Shown piece by piece: positions 12,801 to 23,801 of a stretch of 64,000 bases of DNA (positions are counted from its first letter, which is position 1; every line of letters starts with the position of its first letter). Source of the stretch: Pseudomonadota bacterium (lineage in GTDB: Bacteria > Myxococcota > JACRCW01 > JAFGSX01); contig JBDRCO010000001.1 in NCBI GenBank assembly GCA_043821645.1, positions 27,290-91,289 on the forward strand, read 5' to 3'. A program made the position numbers and the translations under genes. Below the pieces are notes generated by a model. The model saw only the letters and a program-made list of their open reading frames with translations, searched no databases and was not told the DNA's origin.

Positions 12801-14026
12801 CTGGCAATGGACCACAGCCAGATGTTGCTGTAGCGGGCGCCGGCCTTGCTCATGGTGACGTTGGCGTTGAGGTCGACGGTGCCCTGGTTCGCGAGGCTGC
12901 CACCGAGGCTCGCGTCGTTGTTCACCGTGAGGATCCCGCTGTTGACGAGGTCCGCGTTGACGTTGCGGTGGGCACCGCCGCTGTTCAGCGTCAGGCTCCC
13001 CGCGTTGTCGATGCCAGCACCCGGGACGTTGAGGGTCACCCCGTACCAGCCGTGATTGGTGCCGGCCGCGATCGCGCCGTCATTGCGGAAGGCCCGGGTC
13101 GCGTTGAGGGTGGCGTGCTGCACCGAGCCGTCGCCCCAGACATGCAGCGCCTGGCTGGCCGAGAGGTCGCCGGTGAAAGCGCAGACCCCGAGGAAACGGA
13201 AGGTGGCCGCGTCGGGCGCGCTGATAGCCAGATTGGCACCGATGAGGGTGACCATGCCTTGGCCGTTCGCCGGGTTGGCCGTGCCGGTGACGGTGCCACC
13301 GTCGAGGGCGAACGCGCCGTTGCGGAACTGGATGGCACCGGTCCCTGCCAGCGCGATACCGCCGCCGGCCTGGTTGAACTGGGTCGAAGCGCCCGAGAAG
13401 TTCACGACGACGCCCGTGGCCACCTGAATGGAACCGCTGTTCCGGTACACAGCGGAGGCCAGCGGTAGGGTGGTGCTGCCCGCGAAGCTCATCGTTCCTT
13501 GATTGTCGAAGCCGCCGCTCAGGGTGCTCGAGGCACCGATCTGCACCGTTCCGCGATTGAGGAGCTCGGCGTTGAGGTTGCGCGACGCACCCCCAGCAGC
13601 GCTCAGCACCAGGCTGCCGTCGTTGGTCAGACCGCCTGTGCTCACTGTCAAGGTCGGGCTGTACCAGCTGTGGCTCGTCGACATCAGGATCTGGCCACTG
13701 TTGCTGACAGCGCCCTGGGAGGTCAGGGTGATGTGGCCGCTGCCCGTTGCCTGCAGGTGCAGGGTTGCGGCCGAGGCCGCGACCTGGATGCCACCAACGG
13801 TGGCGCTCGCGTGAAGCGATACCGTGTACACCGCCCCGGTGACATCGATGATGGCCGTGTCCCCGGCACCGGGCACCGCGCCCCCCGACCACTTGCTGCC
13901 ATCCGTCCACTCGCCGCTCACCGGCGCCAGCCAGCGGACATCGGCGGCCAGGGCTGTTCCTGACAGAGCGAGCAGCAGCGAGATGAGGACGCAGGAGCGC
14001 AGAAGCTGCAGCGGCAGGCGAGACAT
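3860..14026 (-). CDS. Giant (3388 aa) surface or adhesin-like protein: beta-helix repeats, invasin/Ig-like, FN3 and CARDB-like domains, Cys-rich C-terminus, poly-Gly tail
   Basis: Signal peptide ending ALAA. N-terminal W..G.W....WSGG.VPG motif, Asn/Gly-rich beta-helix repeats, PGTSPGTLTITG...YDRLAVTG cap, FN3 patterns (LSWTAS..GYEVHRS..Y.F.V) and Ig-like repeats. Confidence 0.85.
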   Translation of the reverse strand: MSRLPLQLLRSCVLISLLLALSGTALAADVRWLAPVSGEWTDGSKWSGGAVPGAGDTAIIDVTGAVYTVSLHASATVGGIQVAASAATLHLQATGSGHITLTSQGAVSNSGQILMSTSHSWYSPTLTVSTGGLTNDGSLVLSAAGGASRNLNAELLNRGTVQIGASSTLSGGFDNQGTMSFAGSTTLPLASAVYRNSGSIQVATGVVVNFSGASTQFNQAGGGIALAGTGAIQFRNGAFALDGGTVTGTANPANGQGMVTLIGANLAISAPDAATFRFLGVCAFTGDLSASQALHVWGDGSVQHATLNATRAFRNDGAIAAGTNHGWYGVTLNVPGAGIDNAGSLTLNSGGAHRNVNADLVNSGILTVNNDASLGGSLANQGTVDLNANVTMSKAGARYSNIWLWSIASGVVLTINGSGTEFSQAGGRLEFEGTARLDYSNGHFRFSGGVLSGTPDAANLRGMPRLIHSDLTIQSPNAAAFVINGASTLAGNISANQSLYIYGNDSVQHAAVTVPAGLVNEGMLQLGTNHGWYGVTLTVNGGALENRASLVIGGGGAHRNINASILNSGSIQVNNDTGLHGSITNSGLIDLNSNTTSTKTGASYLNSGTWSIASGITLAVNGADTTFEQQAGSLDFEGTATFNYSNGQFVFSGGAITGTPDVANLRGMARLIHSDLAIQSPNHAAFVLNGIGTLIGDISLDQAVYIYGNGSVQHAAVTVPAGLVNEGVLQLGTNHGWYGVTLTVNGGALENRASLVIGGGGAHRNINASILNSGSILVNNDAGLHGSITNSGLIDLNSNTTSTKTGASYLNSGTWSIASGITLTVNGAGTTFEQQAGSLDFEGTAIFDYSNGHFLLRGGQITGTPDVSNLRGMPRLIHSDLSLLSPAPSAFMLNGSGALEGAVSAAQSVYLYGNGSVQHAAISAPAGFVNGGLLQLGTNHGWYGVTLTVPDPGLVNAGTLQISGGGAHRNVVAALDNQGRIVTQQDCTLGRSGAVHRNSGTLQVDTATATLSGSSFTNLAGGVLTGRGTIDSSAVALAQSGIVRPGTSPGTLTITGATPMSSTSRLEVELVGLTVGSQYDRLAVTGASTVAGTLAVTLGDGYTPSVGDTWTIMTCSAGCSGDFANLEGMDLGGLGGLYVYVNANNVQVKLEELPHFALVPGTAAPVAGVPFDVTVTAQDPFDATLTTYAGTALFSSSDGTATLPPMYTYSGADLGVHSFVQAVTLRTAGQQTLRAVSGENYLMRGQVVLDVQPAAVNAGRTEITASPLSIEANGFTSSTITVTPRDGFGNKAGAGHSVVIQVTGGTLQGSVLDVGDGTYTQVLLSTTTPQFVTASSVVDGTPQVALKTVQFRADTTAPAPVVLSVDAVAETTVDLSWTASSSVDTTGYEVHRSVGGVPQAPELVSGAAHRVTGLTACTDYLFEVSPYDLAGNLGLPSNVEAVRTHLTGNPAAPASLTATAHDQYVSLSWATSASCDVTSYTIARSTTSGGPYTDVASGIVGTSALDLFLTNDQPYFYVVRALDSEGLFSGNSVQASATPTASPAAGPVQNLAASSLTGGRVVLTWAPPASGSPQDYQIFRASSAGIDVGTATPVATVTELTHEDVPGSDGIFWYTVVWLDVVNKQSLPAAEVSALADAGPPTAAVSVEGSGTRGIGTWQVTLTASESLGALPILSWTPPQGSAQSLALIQDVGDDKIYTGSILVSDGMATGSSAFAFSGEDVLGNVGTTLSSGASLAVDGKRPTASIATAPATPVKAGNVQIMVTASEALGSAPDLNLTPLGGSAIALTATGSDEIWTASLLVTGTTGDGDGLFALSMTDAAGNTGTTITAGDTLTIDTQAPDAPASISVVAGTQGAIDVGWPAPTSEPAAGYDLYRSDTAITSVVGLTPVVTGLQQRTHSDLPPTEGDWFYAVVAMDAAGNRSGPSPSASAFSDQTPPGAPTGLTATVISAQVQLSWTAPAGEAAASYDLFRLDASFGGSVAGHTPVVTDLATTSTLDLPPSDGSYYYVVVARDAVGLVSAPSNEAQTLFDRDGPVIEVSGVVHGQHSNASLTPVITVTDITLDTWSAALDGAAFTSGTVVSAEGSHSLVVDAVDLGGHTSQRSVDFTIDLTAPVVSINGVSEGQRYTSPPAPTAVATDDHLFEVVMILGGQPYVAGTPITVDGNWTVQATARDLAGNEATATVNFVVDLPPGPVAWAHAEVTDSQVTLSWPAAEELDAASFRVLRDGVEVYTGTGLQTVVGEPARAPYRVQLDIHTLDAAGQEGLARSLVLYPFVVTLADYGKADALGSPQLTRGTFDQVLLQIANDDLAEQDFGPAELSLFDSEDTEWWRRESTQTITVPALDASATTEVVYSHPELVDEGNQLELVLPLPGTAWASAVYRTRFELSSRAPAGATIEAVHESLMRGTQAEVHLKLTNRGSANLQLVSQRGSNPSDELQVRFRHPDLSVLVSAWVDDQLIGQVQPGGTRIVTLAPGAAVTFAPSQLVIPNDTPDNILLEVEALQIHHAWGQADAQHQPGFVKSTGVNVVPPPYLVTATTDKAEYNQGELVLISGVATETATGNPAASVVVKISLRNGGFKQVYYARTDSSGLYTYPFFPGYTQAGQFSVGATHPAVVVDEEDATFVVHGLELTPGRFALRLSKNTSYVVGFVLRNTGETAITGLNLAIADADSGDGVTAVLEGALPGQLAPRQSVSLGVRVSAELIAADQASFELNLTNDQGATRLSRLEVDLFAASPAPLIAPRYLDLSMLAGGSLTRTVQVRNVGYDAWENVQIVRPASVPWVLVPTGLDLGTLAPGDATSFDILLLPPDDQPSGVVNAALTLTSHNFQDVPFNMSVKVTTNAVGSADVKITNFLYAEVDPGRPVEGTQVTLINQELPTLIGPFVQISASDGLVHFVDIPGGRYSYRVQKAGFRVAGVDGADADSGLLLVEADQTAYLEIALMESVVDVEWSVTPTSVEDQYDVLIETTFETQVPVPVIEIVPALQNFDMVPGETKNGQLELINMGLVSAWDVELAGFVQDHYLDVQFAFTRIPELPARSRLVIPFTVYLKTHGSPPPTPCTEFLFSGHFEWKWYCSTAGTWERRPTYSFTGDVRSHTAKVSVEPNPVVRQTFYNCPGFENGEGVTPPAYTVRSRESGDVGLCKCGRVMTAGIGLPTLGGLVDKLKEAAVGKLDKLLGKLGVPSWDQVTDAMGQAAFGADWGDVKAAKDKLDDLKSSAEEAAGNIGQAIDLVEQGICEGDGLADNINNVVERLGEEAADVILNQVLEKFTGGALSFTKAYTKFDKTCLPVGGSASADIPEQSSSFGGGTMCFEVKVGCEAGEAQCCPVCSTYVDVTAICTPSVISISQSGGGGGGGGGGFGGGGGGGGGGGGGGGSSAPGACER
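11150..13750 (-). repeat. Intragenic tandem repeat, five units of ~615 bp (205 aa); boundaries approximate
   Basis: The motif (G)TNHGWYGVTLxV / HSWYSPTLTV recurs at ~13670, 13050, 12435, 11820 and 11205. The antisense 66-aa ORFs at 11625 and 12240 are nearly identical and exactly 615 bp apart. Confidence 0.85.
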
Positions 14027-14146
14027 GGAGCCCCCTTCGCGGCGACGCTACCCACCGCGAATCCCGCAGAGGACTCGTGACAGATCGCGTGCCCAAGGCA
14101 CAGGACGCGAGATGATCGATCAGTCCTGAAGTCTGGCAGACCAGGT

Positions 14147-15214
14147 ATGGCAGTCAAGGCGCCCGGGCACGAAGGCCAGGATTGTGCCTATCCTGCAATG
14201 GGCCCTCATCGCGCGACCACCGTCGCAGGGGAACGCACCTTGTCCCAGCCTTCCCGGCCACCGCCTCCCGATCCCCCCAGCGTGCATCGTGCCCTCGTGT
14301 ACGCCGCGGCCGTGCCTGGTTGGGGCAACTGGTACGCGGGTCATCGCCTTCACGCCACGGTCCTGTTCGTGCTGCTCGGGCTGCTGCTGCTGTGGTTCTT
14401 CTCGACCATGATCCTGACCGTGACTGGCCTGGTCAGCCGCATGTTCGCGGCCTTCGACGAGGCACCTTCGCGCGGGCCCCTGAACTTGCCCGTGCTGCCC
14501 ATGGCTGCGTCGGTGCTCGGCATCTACCTGCTGTGGCTGTGGGGCATGGCGGCGGCCGTCGACGGCGCAGTGCGCGCGCGGACCCAGAAACAGCTGCCGG
14601 CACAGCGCAGCGTACCCTGGGCGGTGTTCATGGCCTGGCTGTGCCCCGGCACCGGCCAGCTCTACCTCGGTGCACGTGGCCTGGGCTTCGCACTGGTGGT
14701 CGTCACCGCGCTGAGCCGGCTCCTGGTGATCCCGGCCTACCGCCGCATGATAGACGGCGCCATGGCCCTGGTGCAGGAGGGCAAGGTCTCGGCCACCGAC
14801 GTCGAGGGCCTGATCGACGCCGTGCACGCGCTGCAGCTGCAGGTGGACTACGGCGCAGGCAACGTGCTGATGCAGCTCACGGCGTTGATCGCCTTGGCGC
14901 TCACCGCGGCCGCCATCCACACCACCTACCAGGCCGCGCGCACGGCGAACCAGGCCATGGGCCTGCTGCTGCTCGGCTGGCTGTGCCCGGGTGCGGCGCA
15001 GCTGCTGCAGGGTCGGACCGTCGTCGGGGGAAGCGTTCTCGTGCTCTACCTGGCCTCGCTGCTGCTGCTGGCCCTGCTCTTTGGCGTCGGCGCCACAGGT
15101 CCTGGTGGCGTCGACAGCGTCGAGTGGTGGCTCATCGTTCTGCAATGGGGCGCCATGGTCGAGGCCGTGATCCATCTGACGCTGCTGCGCGAAGACCCCT
15201 CACCCGGTCGCTGA
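14147..15214 (+). CDS. Multi-pass membrane protein with three internal PGxGxxYxG (TM2-like) repeats
   Basis: VPGWGNWYAG, LCPGTGQLYLG and LCPGAAQLLQG, each followed by hydrophobic helices. The true start may lie downstream. Confidence 0.65.
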   Translation: MAVKAPGHEGQDCAYPAMGPHRATTVAGERTLSQPSRPPPPDPPSVHRALVYAAAVPGWGNWYAGHRLHATVLFVLLGLLLLWFFSTMILTVTGLVSRMFAAFDEAPSRGPLNLPVLPMAASVLGIYLLWLWGMAAAVDGAVRARTQKQLPAQRSVPWAVFMAWLCPGTGQLYLGARGLGFALVVVTALSRLLVIPAYRRMIDGAMALVQEGKVSATDVEGLIDAVHALQLQVDYGAGNVLMQLTALIALALTAAAIHTTYQAARTANQAMGLLLLGWLCPGAAQLLQGRTVVGGSVLVLYLASLLLLALLFGVGATGPGGVDSVEWWLIVLQWGAMVEAVIHLTLLREDPSPGR

Positions 15215-15217
15215 CCC

Positions 15218-16570
15218 TCAGAAACTCGCCGTCAGCATGCTGTAGCCCCACAGCTGCGCGTCCGAGCCCTTGTCCAGGGCGAAGCCCGTGGGCAAGAAGG
15301 TGCTCAAGCCGGTCTGCCAGGTGAGGTAGGCGTTGACCTTGAAGCTCACCGTGGCGTCGAGCTCGTGGCCCAGAAGCAGCTCGTCGGCGTGCTCGCCCGG
15401 CTGGTCATTGTTCGCCGCCAGCAGGGTCGCGCCTCCGGCATTGGTCCAGCCGTCGTCGGCGGTGGCCCTGGCCAGCAGCCAGTACGACAGGCCCACCTGC
15501 ACACCGCTCCACAGGGTGAGCTTGGCGTGCAGCGCACCGTTGAGCGCGTTGGACCAGCTGGCCAGATCCATGAAGCCGTAGAAGCCGTGGTTGGTCGGGA
15601 ACAGGTTGATGAAGCGCTCGGACTGCTTGGCGGTCCCGGTGTCGTCGCCCGTGGCGACGTTCACCTCGAGACCCAGGCTCGGCGAGGTGGGCAGCGCCAG
15701 GGTGTAGGCCGCGTCGCCGTGCAGGGCGTAGGCGAACTGCCCCACCTGCGCATCCGCATTCAGGGAGCCGAGCTGCAGCGCACCCTCGACGCCAGCGTTG
15801 ACGCCGAAGCCCGCGTAGCGCGCGCGCGTGCCCAGGGTGAAGATCTGGCGGCGCAGGGCGGTCTGGGCCTCGCTCGCCCCCGGGTCGAGCAGGGTGCCCG
15901 CGGGCAGGGCCAGGCCGGTATCGACCAGGGTCAGCAGGTACTGGTCGCAGACCAGGGTACCGTCGAGAAATGCGAGCGCGCTGTACAGCCCCGAAAAGTG
16001 CGTGGCGTCGAGCAGGTTGCCCTTCTTGCCGGGCGTGAACACCGCGCTGAAGGCGTCGAGCGAGCCCAGGCCATGCTTCCAGGTCAGGCGCGCGGCCTCG
16101 AACACGCGGCCCTGGTTGGCCCACTCCAGGGCCCCCACCAGGCGCTGGTCGCCGAACATGAGCTGCTGCCTACCGAGCTTGAGCGCCAGGGACAGCGATG
16201 GAATTTTCACCTCGGCCCAGGCCTGGTGCAGATCCGTGTTGCCGCTGTAGCCCACGGCGTCGTTGCCGAAGCCGGCCAAGCGCGCGTCCTGCACCTGCAC
16301 GAAGCCGGTGAGCCAGTCCTGATAGTGCATCCCCAGACCCAGGCGCGCGCGCTGCGATCCGAACACCAGGGTGTCCGCGGCCGCCGCGTCCAGGTCCGCG
16401 TTCTCGCGTAGCTCTGGGCGGGCGCGATACTGCAGGGTCAGGTCCCCCCACACGCCGTCGCGCTGGCCGACCATGGGGGGTGGCGCCTCGTCGCCCCGGG
16501 CCTGCGTGGCGGGGAGCAGGCCGAGACCAAGACCACACAGCCATCCGCTGAACACGATGCTTGTTCGCAT
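15218..16570 (-). CDS. Outer-membrane beta-barrel of the alginate export (AlgE-like) family
   Basis: Probable start MRTSIVF at 16570 with a signal peptide. Motifs RARLG, FVQVQDAR, DLHQAW, LKLGRQQLMFGDQRLVGALEWAN.GRVF, FINLFPTNHGFYGFMD, LGHELD, and a C-terminal Phe. Confidence 0.8.
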   Translation of the reverse strand: MRTSIVFSGWLCGLGLGLLPATQARGDEAPPPMVGQRDGVWGDLTLQYRARPELRENADLDAAAADTLVFGSQRARLGLGMHYQDWLTGFVQVQDARLAGFGNDAVGYSGNTDLHQAWAEVKIPSLSLALKLGRQQLMFGDQRLVGALEWANQGRVFEAARLTWKHGLGSLDAFSAVFTPGKKGNLLDATHFSGLYSALAFLDGTLVCDQYLLTLVDTGLALPAGTLLDPGASEAQTALRRQIFTLGTRARYAGFGVNAGVEGALQLGSLNADAQVGQFAYALHGDAAYTLALPTSPSLGLEVNVATGDDTGTAKQSERFINLFPTNHGFYGFMDLASWSNALNGALHAKLTLWSGVQVGLSYWLLARATADDGWTNAGGATLLAANNDQPGEHADELLLGHELDATVSFKVNAYLTWQTGLSTFLPTGFALDKGSDAQLWGYSMLTASF

Positions 16571-16602
16571 GCCAACCTCGCCGAAGCAGGTGTGAATCGC
16601 CG

Positions 16603-17937
16603 CTACCTGGCCTTGCCCAGGGCCTTCTCGTAGACCTCGCGCATCTTGCCCGAGCGGATATCCTTCTTGATCTCGTCGCTGGGCCTGTTGATCCACGCGT
16701 GCATGGGATCGTCTTTGAGCAGCTTGGCAATCATGGCATCGACCTCGGGATCCTTGTAGGCCTGCGCTGCGGGCAGGAACTCGAAGTAGAAGTGCTTGGC
16801 CACCTCGTACATGCCGTGCCACCAGGTGTAGTCCGGCCCCATCATGGCGGCGCCGTGGCGGGCGCGACGCCCCTCGTGGTGCCAGATCTCCCAGTAGATC
16901 CACTCGATGTCGTTGCCGAAGCTGGCCTTGCGCTCGAGCAGGCCCTTCTTCTTGATGAGGTCCATGATGGCCGTGGCCGGCTTGGCGAACTTCTCGTTGT
17001 ACAGCACCACCAGGTCGTCGTACTGCGCGTAGTGACCGTCGACGAAGTCCTTGGCGTGACAGGCCGCGCACACGTCCTGCATGGCCTCGCGCTTCTTCTG
17101 CCAGCTGTCCTTGTGCGACGAGATGGGCGGCCTGAGCGTCCACGAGATGCGCTGCCCCACGTCGTGGGTGAGCGGCTGCTTGGCCGTGGCCGACATGTGG
17201 CAGGTGGCGCAGGTGGGCGCCACCGCGTAATCCTTGCCCACCACCCAGCTGGGGCTCTTGAGGTTCATCTCGTCGACGTGGGTGAAGAAGGCATTGCCGT
17301 GCTTGCTCTCCTCGTAGATCTCCGCCTGCGGGTGGTCCGGACCGAGGTGGCACTTGCCGCAGGCCTCGGGCCGCCGCGCCTGGGCCACCGAGAAGCTGTG
17401 GCGGGCGTGGCAGGCGGTGCACGAACCCTTGCTTCCGTCGGGGTTGATGCGGCCTATTCCAGCATTTGGCCAGCTTTCGCGCGCCAGCTTGTTGGGCCGC
17501 TTGGCGTCGATCTTGACCACGGTGCCGTGGCAGTTCTCGCAGCCCGCGGTCGCCGCCGGGGTGCCACCGGCCGCGTGTGCCAGGTAGGCGTCGGCCGAGT
17601 GCAGGATCTCGCCCGCGGTGGCGTGGTAGGACTCGCCCACTTGCTTGGCCTCGGCCTCGTGGCACTGACCACAGTCCTTGGGCGTCACCAGGGTCGCGAT
17701 GAGGGAACCGTTGTGCTTGAAGGCGTCGGGTTCGCCGGCCTTGGCCTGGTGGCAGTCCAGGCAGGACACGCCGTTCCGGGCGTGCTTCGAGTCCTGCCAC
17801 TGCTTGTGCAGGCCAGGGTTCTTCTTCTGGTGACAGGTCTCGCAGACCGAGGCCTTACTGGCGGCCCGGGTGCCGACCGGCATGGCGAGCCCCGCTCCGA
17901 CTAGCATCCACACGCCCAGCGCGCTCCTCGTCGTCAT
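16603..17937 (-). CDS. Octaheme cytochrome c of the hydroxylamine oxidoreductase (HAO) family, reductive/epsilonHao-like
   Basis: Eight CxxCH motifs (CETCH, CLDCH, CGQCH, CENCH, CTACH, CGKCH, CATCH, CAACH). Family motifs CHLGPDHPQ.EIYEESKHG, APTCATCHM and GAAMMGPDYTWWHG. Signal peptide; GGAGG RBS before ATG 17937. Confidence 0.9.
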   Translation of the reverse strand: MTTRSALGVWMLVGAGLAMPVGTRAASKASVCETCHQKKNPGLHKQWQDSKHARNGVSCLDCHQAKAGEPDAFKHNGSLIATLVTPKDCGQCHEAEAKQVGESYHATAGEILHSADAYLAHAAGGTPAATAGCENCHGTVVKIDAKRPNKLARESWPNAGIGRINPDGSKGSCTACHARHSFSVAQARRPEACGKCHLGPDHPQAEIYEESKHGNAFFTHVDEMNLKSPSWVVGKDYAVAPTCATCHMSATAKQPLTHDVGQRISWTLRPPISSHKDSWQKKREAMQDVCAACHAKDFVDGHYAQYDDLVVLYNEKFAKPATAIMDLIKKKGLLERKASFGNDIEWIYWEIWHHEGRRARHGAAMMGPDYTWWHGMYEVAKHFYFEFLPAAQAYKDPEVDAMIAKLLKDDPMHAWINRPSDEIKKDIRSGKMREVYEKALGKAR

Positions 17938-18029
17938 CCTGTCCTCCCGTGCCGCGTGGTTGGCTCGTCCACGCACGATCATTCGCTGAATTTGTGAGCT
18001 CACCTTGCCAGCGCCCGGGGGCCGTGGCC

Positions 18030-18043
18030 TTGAGCTAGGTCAA
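18030..18043. promoter_or_regulatory. FNR/Crp-family-like box TTGA-N6-TCAA
   Basis: TTGAGCTAGGTCAA about 93 nt upstream of the octaheme start. It resembles the FNR consensus TTGAT-N4-ATCAA. Confidence 0.45.
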
Positions 18044-18230
18044 TTTTGTTGGCGAAAAGTGTGCACCCCTTTACTCCAGGTCATGGCGGCCTCTGGGTCC
18101 AGCCCTTGTGCACCGTGCGTGGAACATGGAAACATCGGCCCGCCCGGCGTGAGGACGAGAGATCGCCACGAGCTGAGGGACTCAGCTCCGTGCAGCGAGG
18201 GCACCCACGCGGCCTCAGGAGGCTCCTGTC

Positions 18231-22318
<4,088 letters not shown>

Positions 22319-22322
<4 letters not shown>

Positions 22323-23236
22323 ACATCTTGATCGTCGAGGATGACCCGGTTCACACCAAGCTGCTGTCGGGTCTGCTTGGGCGCTGGGGCTACCAGGTGC
22401 ACAGCGCGGCCAACGGCGAGGACGCCATCCGGGTGCTGGAGCAGGGCCAGCCCATCTCGCTGGCGATCGTCGACTGGATGATGCCAAAGATGGACGGCCT
22501 GCAGCTCTGTCGCGAGATCCGGGAGCGCTTCAACGAGCCCTACCGCTACCTCATCTTGCTGACCGCCCGGGACCAGCGCGACGACATCATCCAGGGCTTC
22601 GACGCCGGCGCCGACGATTACCTGGTCAAGCCCGTGCACCACAACGAGCTGAGCGCGCGCCTGCGCGCAGCCAAGCGCCTCATCGACACCCAGCAGAAGC
22701 TCCTCGATGCCCAGGAGAAGCTCCGCGAGCAGGCCACCCACGACACCCTGACCGGGATCTGGAACCGCGGGGCGATCTTCGCCACCCTCGAGGCCGAGCT
22801 CGAGCGCGCCGTGCGTCAGCAGACGCCGTGTTCCATCGTGATGATAGACCTCGACCACTTCAAGAACGTGAACGACACCCACGGCCACCCCATCGGTGAC
22901 CAGGTGCTGGTCGAGGCGGCCCGCCGCATCCGCGGCTCGCTGCGCCCCTACGACGTGCTGGGGCGCTACGGTGGCGAGGAGTTTCTGGTCGTGGCCCCGG
23001 GCTGTGATCAGCGCAGTGCTGGCGAGCTGGCCGAGCGCATTCGCAGCCAGTTCTGCGCGACGCCCATTGCCACCTCGGGTCCCACGCTGCCCCTGACCCT
23101 GAGCGCCGGCGTGGTAGCGCTGGAGGCCGGGGAGCGTGTCGAGCTGAATCGGTGGCTGGCCACCGCCGACCAGGCGCTGTACCAGGCCAAGAGCAACGGT
23201 CGGAACACCTGCGCCGCAGGGACCCTGCGCCCATGA
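22319..23236 (+). CDS. Response-regulator diguanylate cyclase (REC-GGDEF)
   Basis: Receiver [24 protein letters not shown]-site and GGEEF active site. Confidence 0.95.
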
Positions 23237-23247
23237 AAGGCTCACCC

Positions 23248-23616
23248 ATGGCACGCGTGCTGGCTGTCGACGACGATCCGACCGTGATCGCCCTCGAGCG
23301 ACGGGTCCTCGAGCGCGAGGGTTACGAGGTGGTGACCGCGTCGGACGGAGCGGGTGCCATGGCGTTGCTGCAGGAGCAGGACTTTGACCTCGTCCTGCTC
23401 GACATCATGATGCCGGGCGTCGATGGCTACGCGGTGAGCCGGGCCTTTCGCGAGAACAAGGCCAACAGGCGCGTGGCGGTGATCTTCATCTCGTCCCGGG
23501 AAGACACCCAGGCCATCACCGAGGGCTTCCGCGCCGGCGGCACCCTGTTCCTGCGCAAGCCCTTCTCGGCCAACCAGCTGACCAGGATGGTCAAGGGCAT
23601 GATCCGCGAGCCCTGA
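23248..23616 (+). CDS. Single-domain response regulator (CheY-like)
   Basis: VLAVDDD, LLDIMMP and KPF motifs; probable ATG at 23248. Confidence 0.9.
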   Translation: MARVLAVDDDPTVIALERRVLEREGYEVVTASDGAGAMALLQEQDFDLVLLDIMMPGVDGYAVSRAFRENKANRRVAVIFISSREDTQAITEGFRAGGTLFLRKPFSANQLTRMVKGMIREP

Positions 23617-23801
23617 GCGACGACGCCCGACCGCCTGTCGTCGTCGCGAGGCCGGCGCCGCGCCCCGGAGATCACGGCCCGGCGACAGCGCCGGAGGCAG
23701 CGGTACCTCCCCAGCAACCCGGCGTGGTTACGCCGGACGCTTGCGGTCGGCGCGGCGATGGGGCAAGCACTGGCCCGGGGGCGCAGCACAGGAACCGGCC
23801 C

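Noticed and set aside
43-13468. Long plus-strand ORFs (43..990, 1390..2883, 4856..8719, 11039..13468)
   Set aside because: They are antisense shadows of well-supported minus-strand genes, expected in high-GC DNA, and carry no motifs of their own.
11150-13750. Near-identical repeats as a DGR template/variable pair or a CRISPR array
   Set aside because: The repeats are in-frame coding units, and there is no reverse transcriptase, cas gene or spacer structure in the window.
15218-17800. 860-aa ORF suggesting a cytochrome-porin fusion or frameshift
   Set aside because: Its upstream half is an off-frame overlap of the cytochrome gene. The barrel has its own start and signal peptide at 16570, and the cytochrome has its own stop.
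16603-17937. Evidence for ammonia oxidation or anammox
   Set aside because: There are no amo, cycAB or hzs genes here, and the cross-link Tyr motif appears absent.
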